A stretch of 43,136 bases of DNA from Octopus bimaculoides (taxonomy: Eukaryota), in assembly GCF_001194135.2 (NCBI RefSeq), contig NC_068989.1:91705483-91748618 (forward strand). The letters are read 5' to 3'. Under the pieces are notes generated by a model. It was given only the letters and a program-made list of their open reading frames with translations, was not told the DNA's origin and ran no database searches. The translations under genes were made by a program, and so were the position numbers. Shown here piece by piece: positions 34,833-43,136 of the stretch. Position 1 is the first letter of the stretch, and each line of letters begins with the position of its first letter.

Positions 34833-35117
34833 TGGGTTTGTCTTTATTTCACAGCAGAGAATAAAATACCTTGTGACATTTGTTCCAACACCTTAGGACC
34901 TAAGTTATAATCTAACCTAGATCCATTATGTCATTCATTTTTTTTATTATCCCGTATGTTTTATAAATATATTTGCCAACAGTCTTTTCCTAAAGTAAAA
35001 CATCTAGGTTTGATTTGAGATAAATTTCACTGCTATTTTTAGCAGATCAAGTGGCAATATACATGGCTCTCCGCGTTGCCTCGAATTAAACTTAGCCGTT
35101 GTTGTTTTTTTTCACAT

Positions 35118-35262
35118 GGATGTCAGTCCTAGTCAAACAGTAGTATGTTCCCAGTTTATCAGGATTTTAGTCAATGTAGTCTATATTTAAAACAGTATGA
35201 CCATGATTGACGGAAATTTGGCTGCTGTTTCTTGCAGACAGAAGGACCATATAAGAAGTCCC
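35118..35262 (+). repeat. Unclassified dispersed repeat ending ...ttggctgctatttctagcag (family D); related pieces near 7520-7650, 8141-8190, 27240-27410 and 34905-35072
   Basis: Recurrent motif (g/c)tgct(a/g)tttc/ttagcag preceded by a gaaatt/ggattt word in several places. Confidence 0.5.
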
Positions 35263-36163
35263 TTGCTGGAAATCGTGACCACATAACGGCTGCTGGCGTG
35301 GACGGGAGATAACATTGTTAGGTTGCAATACAACGTGTGAAATAGACCATAATAAAACACGGCAGAAACAACCCTTTCTGTCTGGCGCTCACCATCTCTG
35401 TCTGTCCTCCCTACTCCTCTCTCTCACTTTCATTTTCTATTTCATCCTTCTAGAGAGACTGCTAATATAAGACTCGGCCTGAAATATGAGTGTCTTTTAT
35501 TTCCTTCTGTCTGAGAGAGCAATGATATAAAATAAAAGGCGTGTGAGATATGATTTACTTCTATTTAATTACTTCAGAGAATGGGTTTATATATATTTGA
35601 GACGGTGTGAGGTGTGGGTTACATTTACTGCCTTACTCCGACGAGGTGGTTAATGGTAAATGCTGTATGATATATGGACTAATTAGAGAGTATGGAATAG
35701 GAGGTGTGTAGAGGGCTGGCAAAGTTTCACTTATATGTATAGTTATATTTATGTAAACTTTACTGTAATAAAGATATGGAATCAGAATTTCATTTCAAAC
35801 ATAATCAGAGATAGCGAAACATGTAAATAGCTTCCATACGATTCACTGCGTTGAAGTTCAGTAAAACTAGATTACTATGAAATATTATGTTTGTTATTAA
35901 TGTTGTTTTACAGATCCACAACAGTGAAGTGCTGTCTGTAACCGTTGTACTAAGGCTGAATATTTCGATTTTCACTACAACGCAGATATAACCAAACTTA
36001 GCTAATTGGTTGAAAGTTTACGCAAATTCTAGGTATTGGTTTCTCGTGTCTGAAGCGTTCTTCAAATGTGTTCGAGACAGCGATAACAAGCCCAAAATGC
36101 TGAGATAATTTGAAATCAATAGTAAATGGCTCTTCGTCGCTTTCCAGGATGAGTATTTGGCTA

Positions 36164-36268
36164 TGGTTGTATGATAAGAATTAGCTTGGTTGTGTGGTAA
36201 GAAGTTTGTTTTCCAACCACATGGTTCCGGGTTCAGTCCCATTACATTACGTGGCACCTTAGGCAAGA
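36164..36268 (+). mobile_element. SINE family B head, truncated
   Basis: tggttgtgtggtaagaagtttgttttccaaccacatggttccgggttcagtccc. The A-box region is duplicated (36164-36180 and 36187-36203). Confidence 0.8.
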
Positions 36269-36275
36269 ATTTCCG

Positions 36276-36496
36276 GATCTTTTTTAAAACGGGGGCCACA
36301 TTTTTCATTAATGTTTTACGTACTGCTTTTGGTACCGAAAGACTTTCAAACTTCGTATACTTATCTATTTTGTGTTATAGAACAGAAAAATATTTTTGTA
36401 TTCGAATTTATTTCATGTAAAAAATTGTCTTATTTCGATAATTTCAACCAATCACTGACGTCCATTCAGCCGATATACATTAAGTGCCGACTACAT
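36276..36496. mobile_element. Unclassified repeat that interrupts the SINE-B copy and runs into a gap
   Basis: Abrupt junction after aggcaaga. The ...aatttcaaccaatcactgacgtc... sequence resembles an octopus dispersed repeat from memory. Confidence 0.35.
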
Positions 36497-37085
36497 NNNN
36501 NNNNNNNNNNNNNNNNNNNNNNNNNNNNNNNNNNNNNNNNNNNNNNNNNNNNNNNNNNNNNNNNNNNNNNNNNNNNNNNNNNNNNNNNNNNNNNNNNNNN
36601 NNNNNNNNNNNNNNNNNNNNNNNNNNNNNNNNNNNNNNNNNNNNNNNNNNNNNNNNNNNNNNNNNNNNNNNNNNNNNNNNNNNNNNNNNNNNNNNNNNNN
36701 NNNNNNNNNNNNNNNNNNNNNNNNNNNNNNNNNNNNNNNNNNNNNNNNNNNNNNNNNNNNNNNNNNNNNNNNNNNNNNNNNNNNNNNNNNNNNNNNNNNN
36801 NNNNNNNNNNNNNNNNNNNNNNNNNNNNNNNNNNNNNNNNNNNNNNNNNNNNNNNNNNNNNNNNNNNNNNNNNNNNNNNNNNNNNNNNNNNNNNNNNNNN
36901 NNNNNNNNNNNNNNNNNNNNNNNNNNNNNNNNNNNNNNNNNNNNNNNNNNNNNNNNNNNNNNNNNNNNNNNNNNNNNNNNNNNNNNNNNNNNNNNNNNNN
37001 NNNNNNNNNNNNNNNNNNNNNNNNNNNNNNNNNNNNNNNNNNNNNNNNNNNNNNNNNNNNNNNNNNNNNNNNNNNNNNNNNNNNN

Positions 37086-37119
<34 letters not shown>

Positions 37120-37128
<9 letters not shown>

Positions 37129-37298
37129 CAGCGTGTCTGTCTTTGTCCTCAACTTAGATGTTCGAGTGTTTACGTCCCGAATCTTTGCGCTTCGGCAAAA
37201 AGATGGATAGAATAAGAAAAAAAAAGCTTTATCCAACTAAAATTCTTCAAGTCGGTGCCACACCATGGTTGCAGACTGAAAGACATAAAAGATAAAAG
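37120..37298 (+). mobile_element. SINE family B, 3' half, diverged
   Basis: gtgtttacgtccc...ttcggcaaaaagatggatagaataag...gtcggtgccacaccatggttgcag. Confidence 0.6.
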
Positions 37299-37746
37299 AA
37301 ATACATGTATGCTTATTTAATTGTGAGTACATATGTGTGGGAAGATGTAGCACCACTTATGTAACTCACACAGATTACGAAACAGCTGTTAACTAATGGA
37401 ATAAACATCTGTTCCTTCACTTATTTTATCTGGTGAATTTTTGTCACGTCACAGATCAACGCAAATATTTTCTAACCGTTTATCGTTTGTATTTTACACG
37501 ACATATTTAATAGACGACTAGCAACACTAGACTACCTGTTTCTGAATGTGTACAACTAGGAATGTAGTTTACACGCACACACTCATATATATATATACAA
37601 ACACGCACACATATACGTATATACATATATATTTTTACAGAATTACGACAGACATGGATTGTTTTCTCAGGCCGTATGTTATTGTTGGTGGCTGTAAACA
37701 TGCATACATACATATGTACATTACATATATGTATATGTATGTATGT

Positions 37747-37777
<31 letters not shown>

Positions 37778-37791
37778 AATATATACATAAA

Positions 37792-37836
<45 letters not shown>

Positions 37837-38427
37837 ATATATTATACATTTGTATAATATATTTAAATACATATAAATTTTAAATGTATATATATAATAT
37901 ATAATTAATATTTGCATGTATGTAATTGTGTATATACGTAGTGATGTGCATGTGTGCACACGCATATGGCTACTTATTCATGGGAATGCATTTATACAGC
38001 TATATGTATCTGCACGTCTGTTTGCATTTACTGTTTGTTATTTGCAAGTTGTAACTTCATAAATCTCTGTTGTAGTCATGAATTCTTCTTTGTTGCACAG
38101 ATTTCAAACTCAGCAAGATAACCACATTGTTTATTGATAATTTTGTATTAATTTAGCCATATAGTATTCATGAGCTCGCACCAAGCCAAATGCTAAGATG
38201 TCTTTGTTAAACATCAGACATTTTGGAACTCTTATTCTATGTCTTGCATTCGTTTCAGGAATCACACTGCGGCCATACTAGAGCATTACCTTGAAGGCTT
38301 TTTTTTTGCGCAAATCGACTCCAGGATTTATGACTTTCTTGATTTATTTTTTCGATTAATTTTCCTGAACTGCTAAGTTACGTTGACGTAGTGCTAAGGT
38401 AACAAGAAATTGTTATGAATTTCCTTA

Positions 38428-38496
38428 GCTTACAACTGTTTTTGTAATACACATAGGTGTGTGCTTGCGTATCACTCTAGAGCTTCGTCGGAGATC
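38428..38496 (-). ncRNA. Degenerate hammerhead-like motif with a long stem II
   Basis: ccgacgaa-gctctaga-gtgatacgca[12]tgtgtattac-a-aaaac agtt gta-ag. The 10-bp stem is fully paired including G.U pairs; the core has U4>C and G12>A. Confidence 0.35.
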
Positions 38497-38629
38497 CGAC
38501 AAGGCTATATAGTGGTACAGAAGCACTGAAATGTTGAAAAGATATATTTTAGATTTCATATATTTATCATAGTCTAGTTTATGTAAACATACCTATATAT
38601 AGCTTGTGTAATAGCCAGTGTAAATTATC

Positions 38630-38782
38630 GTGGCTGTGTGGTAAGTAGCTTGCTTACCAAGCACATGGTTCCGGGTTCAGTTCCACTGCGTGGCGATTTG
38701 GGCAAGTGTCTTCTACTATAGCTTCGAGCCGAAAAAAGCTTTGTGAGTGGATTTGGTAGACGGAAACTGAAAGAAGCTCATC

Positions 38783-38858
<76 letters not shown>

Positions 38859-39080
38859 ATATATGTGTGTGTGTGTCTGTGTCTGTCCCCCATCATCGCT
38901 TAACAACCTATGTTGGTGTGCTTACGTCCCCGTAATTTAGCGGTTCAGCAAAAGAGAGACCGATAGGATAAGTACTATGCTTACAAAGAATAAGTCCTGG
39001 GGTTGATTTGTTCGACTAAAGGTGGTGCTCCAGCATGGCCACAGTCAAATGACGGAAACAAATAAAAGAAAAATAAAGAA
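38630..39080 (+). mobile_element. Full-length tRNA-derived SINE family B with internal (TA)n/(TG)n
   Basis: A-box-like tggctgtgtggt (38631-38642), B-box-like ggttcagttcc (38674-38684), internal microsatellite, LINE-like 3' tail ggtggtgctccagcatggccacag (39021-39044) and an A-rich end. Confidence 0.9.
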
Positions 39081-39180
39081 TATGTAAATAGTGCGGATCT
39101 TTCCTCTCCTCTCGTATCTCACTTTAAGTAAACAACTGATAATTTACACTGGTAAATACACAAGTTATCACTTTGTAATA

Positions 39181-39386
39181 CAGTAATCCCTCGCCATATA
39201 ACGGTCCACTTATCGCGCACTCAGTAGATCGCGAAATTTTTTGGTTAATATATGTAAATTTATATCGCGGACTCCTCAGTATATCGCGGGTTTCTGCGGC
39301 CGAAGGGTAATTATATTTTTTTATATTTTAATTATTGTTGTGGAAGGTTTTGAAACGTAACACCCGCGATAGTGGAGGGATTACTG
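39181..39386. mobile_element. 206-bp Tc1/mariner (pogo/Tigger-like) MITE
   Basis: TIRs cagtaatccctc...gagggattactg (12 bp perfect, imperfect to about 24 bp), flanked by TA on both sides. Confidence 0.9.
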
Positions 39387-39948
39387 TACAATGACTTACA
39401 AGTTTATCAATAACCACTACGCTCTGATGTCATATAATATAATTCTTAGTTTGCTGCACCTCAAATAGCAAACACCTCTCCGATGAAAAGAAACAGAAAA
39501 AAGCAAAAGAATCGGCAGGAGAGAGAAAGGTAGAGAGGGAGTTAAAGGGAGAGAGCTAGACAGAAGAAGGAGGAAGTTGGAGTAATCGTATGATATGCTT
39601 ACTGTATCGTTGCTGAATAATTGTTTGCCTTTAAGTATTACTATTGTGCAAATCGGTTGGCCTTTCCATTCAACATGAGATTTTCTTCATGATCATATGA
39701 CTATGCCAACTAGCGAAGCAAGCTGCTCTCACATCATGTCTTATACAAAGAACATAACGGACAATGTAATTCTCGATTAAACATGATATTGCACCATTTA
39801 GTTCTGTCATAGTATTAGTACACTTTATCGAAATTTTACTGCTGTATAATGGTCTGTTAGAAGTAGCATTCAAATTCGTCCTCAGATCATTAAATCACTT
39901 TGTAACATCTTAAAATGACAAAACGAAACATTGAAAATATAAATCTTA

Positions 39949-40030
39949 GAGCGTTGGCTCGAAACGTCAAAGTATTTTTCCATTTTCCCAGTGCATAATG
40001 TTAATATATCTTGTTGCTTTCTCACCTATA
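39949..40030 (+). ncRNA. 3' half of a hammerhead-like motif, same family as 32079-32113
   Basis: gagc gttg gctc-gaaac gtc-aaag, followed by a ...ttttccattttccc segment like the one following the 32.1-kb motif. The 5' core is lost. Confidence 0.45.
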
Positions 40031-40419
40031 TTTGTGTGTGTGTATGATTGACAATTGTTTCAACAGCTGCATGGTGACTCTTCACATAGCGTTTCTATAT
40101 CCCTCATCACATTTCATCTTCTTAGTTCACTTGTACTCGGGAAGTTCGTGAGGGGAGAGTCATCAAGCACACCCTGTATTGGGTCCTCCGAAAAACAACC
40201 GTGTCCAACTGATCCGACTGGATTCCCAAGCGAGACTAACGAAGCTTACATGGTGCAGCATTTTTTATAATGGACCCGTGGGTTGTGTATTCTACTCCAT
40301 TCTGTTTTAGCATCCAGACGAGGTTGGACAGAGATGTGGAGTGTCTTTTATTCATATGGGAAAATGATGAGAGATGGTTTCTTAGACGATTTTTTTCATG
40401 GTGTCTGTGAAACCATCTC

Positions 40420-40527
40420 CTATGTTTCTGTGACTGTGATGAAATCAGGATCAATACACTTGATATAGAAGTCACAAAAGTGCACCATGTTGCACAAACA
40501 TCGAAAATTCATAAATAGGTGTTTGAA
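40420..40527 (-). mobile_element. LINE ORF2 apurinic-like endonuclease N-terminus (pseudogenised)
   Basis: FKHLFMNFRCLCNMVHFCDFYIKCIDPDFITVTET*. The spacing from N to ETW matches NxRSLxNK...PDIIxITETW, with TAG in place of TGG. Confidence 0.6.
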
Positions 40528-41009
40528 ACGGAATTCAGTCCCAGCATAATGGTATATATATACAGGAGATGAAATATGTGTTTTGTTGTTCAGTAGCAAC
40601 ACTGAGGAGAGTATTTGCTCGGGGCTATACAAGCGGAGTGAATTTCTAGTTGATGGTGGTGTGTGTGTGTTCCTAGAGTGTTGGATATGCGACTTTGGCT
40701 CTCCAAGCTTAAGCCGGCCCTCATATTTTTCAGGTAATTGTTCATATTTCACACACATGCACAAAGCTATATCATATATATATATATATATANNNNNNNN
40801 NNNNNNNNNNNNNNNNNNNNNNNNNNNNNNNNNNNNNNNNNNNNNNNNNNNNNNNNNNNNNNNNNNNNNNNNNNNNNNNNNNNNNNNNNNNNNNNNNNNN
40901 NNNNNNNNNNNNNNNNNNNNNNNNNNNNNNNNNNNNNNNNNNNNNNNNNNNNNNNNNNNNNNNNNNNNNNNNNNNNNNNNNNNNNNNNNNNNNNNNNNNN
41001 NNNNNNNNN

Positions 41010-41076
<67 letters not shown>

Positions 41077-41129
41077 TATACATGTCTCTTCTAGTGTTTT
41101 CTTTTATCTTTCAAGCGTGTTGACAGGTA

Positions 41130-41460
41130 TAATTCAACAACGATCTCCCGATACTCGTTTGTTAATCAGTGGGGATTTTCCCCTATGTCGTATCTGTTGC
41201 AGACTGTATAGCTTCTCCCAAACCAAGTATGACGGATCCGTTATGCAATATGTCTAGCGTAGTATGCACATTGAAGTAACCACATGGAACTTGCCTACAA
41301 CTTCTATCCAATTTGATGGTTATCGTCAACGCTCTCGTGGTACTTAAACTTTCACCCAAGAGAAGGCATGTTCTTATTTCACACACATGCACAAAGCTAT
41401 ATCAAATGTTATCAATGAGGGAAAGACATACACATTATTGACTGATCTACTACAAACAAC
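41130..41460 (+). mobile_element. Possible LINE APE endonuclease central fragment
   Basis: QQRSPDTRLLISGDFPL resembles the xIxGDFN motif. A weak LxQ...DL-like motif follows with frameshifts. Confidence 0.35.
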
Positions 41461-42245
41461 AACCAATTTACCTATCAAATCATATTTTACTTTCTTAATA
41501 AAATTAGTTACACATAGGATAATATAGCAGAAGATAAATTATATATGAAAATAAACTACAGAGAGGTAACTTAAAACTACAAACAGTCCGCTTATAGGTC
41601 CGATTGATCGGAACCTAATGGGACAAAACATTATTTGCTATATAAAGACGTAACAATCATATTATAGTCAAACATTTAAAGCAAATGTATATTTGGTTTG
41701 TGTTATACTGTATGCAATAAATTTTACAATGTTCTGACTTTAAGAGGTATAGATCACGAGTATTCAATTTATTCCTATATATCTCTGTATTTACATAGCG
41801 CTGGTGCACTCACCAATGATAATTATAAATTCGCTCCTCACACCCAATGTAACTTAGGCAGAGGTAAATCAGTCCCATTATTTTCTCTGACTGTTAAACT
41901 CTGCGCTCTGTTAAAGCAAGGTGCATTGCAATACTCTTGTGAATCGTAGTCACACATGGTGACACTTGATAGAGCCACATGCAGGCTGTTACACTTTTAT
42001 CAGGACCGAGCAAAGCAATGAAAAGCAGCGTGTTGAATAGGAATCTTCTTTTACTGTCCGTTTTATTATCTAGCAAAGTATTTTATACATATATTTCCCA
42101 CACACGCAATAACAACTTTTTAACAAAGTGCCACCTCATTTTCTGTTCTTTTTTTTTTTTGTATATGTGTTGTTGTTTTCATCTTCGTCTTTCCTCGTTT
42201 CTGATGCGTTACGATTAATCTTTTTCTTTCTTTCTTATCCCATAG

Positions 42246-42313
42246 AACGGTATTGCAACGTAAAATGACAACTGACAACAACCAGCTATATTCAGCCCAC
42301 CCAATATCAATGC
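42246..42313 (+). CDS. Candidate 68-nt exon, possibly containing a start codon (MTTDNNQLYSAHPISM...)
   Basis: About 100-nt U/C-rich tract ending ttcttatcccatag|, consensus donor C|GTAAGT, only one of three frames open, and ATG in an AAA-ATG context. No homology recognised. Confidence 0.45.
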
Positions 42314-43033
42314 GTAAGTATGTAAAATCGTGTTTAGCGATTGGAGCAGCGTAAAGAATTCAATGAAAAGCTTTGGAAAACATTCGAAAAAAGCCGACAA
42401 TGGTTTTTAGATATCTAAAAGTTGATAATTATTTCCTCGTAGATATATTCAATGAAATGCCTTATTGATTATTTTTATATTATTTTATTTTATACATTTG
42501 TTATTTTTATGTGACATGGAGGAAGTTGGTGAAAGCACTTCGCTTTTAATGTAGTTTAATCCTTAAAGATTAAATACTCTAGTTCGGCATGGATCACGTA
42601 ACAAGCAGCATAGCAACAATATTACAATATTGGTATTAACTTTAGAACTGCAGTTGACAATGAAAAAAAGACTGCTTGCGGTTGTTAAAGGTTTCTGATG
42701 GTACCAAACATTTTAAGCATGCTTCCGTCAAGTACGTCATCATGTGCACTAATGTATTTCCTGTTTTTTTATTGCGTTTTTTTAGCAACAAATAATGATA
42801 ACATTAAGATTTGCATAGAGCTTGGTAGTAGAAGCCATACAGATCGCTTTAGTAGTTCGTTTCCTACCACCGACTCTACACATGATCAGCGACGTTGAGC
42901 AAACTCAAGACATTACATAGTAACAATGTCGATATGGTAGATAAGCTAGACATGGTAGAGCAAACGCAGTTTATTAGCTCGTTTTGTTCTCTATCTATCT
43001 ATCTATCTATCTCTCTCTATATATATATAATAG

Positions 43034-43136
43034 TGCGTGGCACCTTAGGCAAGTCTCTTCTACTATAGTTTCGGGCCGACCAAAACTTTAGGAATGGATT
43101 TGTTAGGCGGAAGCTGAAGGAAGCCCGCCATATATA
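43034..43136 (+). mobile_element. SINE family B fragment
   Basis: tgcgtggcaccttaggcaagtctcttctactatagtttcgggccgaccaaa. Confidence 0.8.

Noticed and set aside
37641-37673. 33-nt frame-preserving micro-exon candidate ([11 protein letters not shown])
   Set aside because: It has a weak donor and a short pyrimidine tract, and is embedded in simple repeats.
1233-39080. tRNA genes or a CRISPR-like array suggested by recurring A/B-box heads and repeated words
   Set aside because: The heads do not form a full cloverleaf and continue into SINE bodies. The repeats are dispersed, diverged and in both orientations, not regularly spaced.
40310-40480. Plus-strand similarity to Penelope RT (LFIWEND...INTLDIEV)
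   Set aside because: There is no YxDD motif, and the opposite strand fits the APE N-terminal motif with exact spacing.
3607-41257. Long ORFs in the track that contain X runs or IYIY/VCVC/THTH/poly-amino-acid text
   Set aside because: They are products of N gaps and di-, tri- or tetranucleotide repeats, with no domain content.

Overview
AT-rich, microsatellite-dense, gapped eukaryotic (animal) genomic DNA. The repeat families and the (TA)n/(CA)n/(TATG)n/(GAA)n load look like an octopus (coleoid cephalopod) short-read scaffold. That is my recognition and has not been checked against a database. There is no intact multi-exon gene, rRNA, tRNA or CRISPR array, and most ORFs in the supplied track come from simple repeats or N-gaps. 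The window reads as intron or intergenic DNA packed with mobile-element remnants: (1) at least three SINE families, two with tRNA-like A/B boxes; (2) decayed LINE pieces, namely a Hero/NeSL-type restriction-like endonuclease C-terminus, a CR1/L2-group RT C-terminus whose 3' tail is shared with one SINE family, APE endonuclease fragments, and a (TAA)n-embedded element; (3) a Penelope-like GIY-YIG endonuclease fragment; (4) a DINE-1/HINE (Helentron-type) element, a TA-flanked Tc1/mariner-pogo MITE and a foldback element. The most interesting signal is a set of 5-6 minimal hammerhead-ribozyme-like motifs with mostly unrelated stems and flanks. One (26698-26751, minus strand) keeps all catalytic core nucleotides. 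Other items worth checking are template-switch rearrangements recurring at one hairpin in the SINE-A family, two unexplained coding-like segments (14222-14764 and 19490-19920) and one good splice-defined exon candidate (42246-42313). I do not see firm evidence of a wholly new gene system. The hammerhead/Penelope-like retro-RNA landscape is the best lead.
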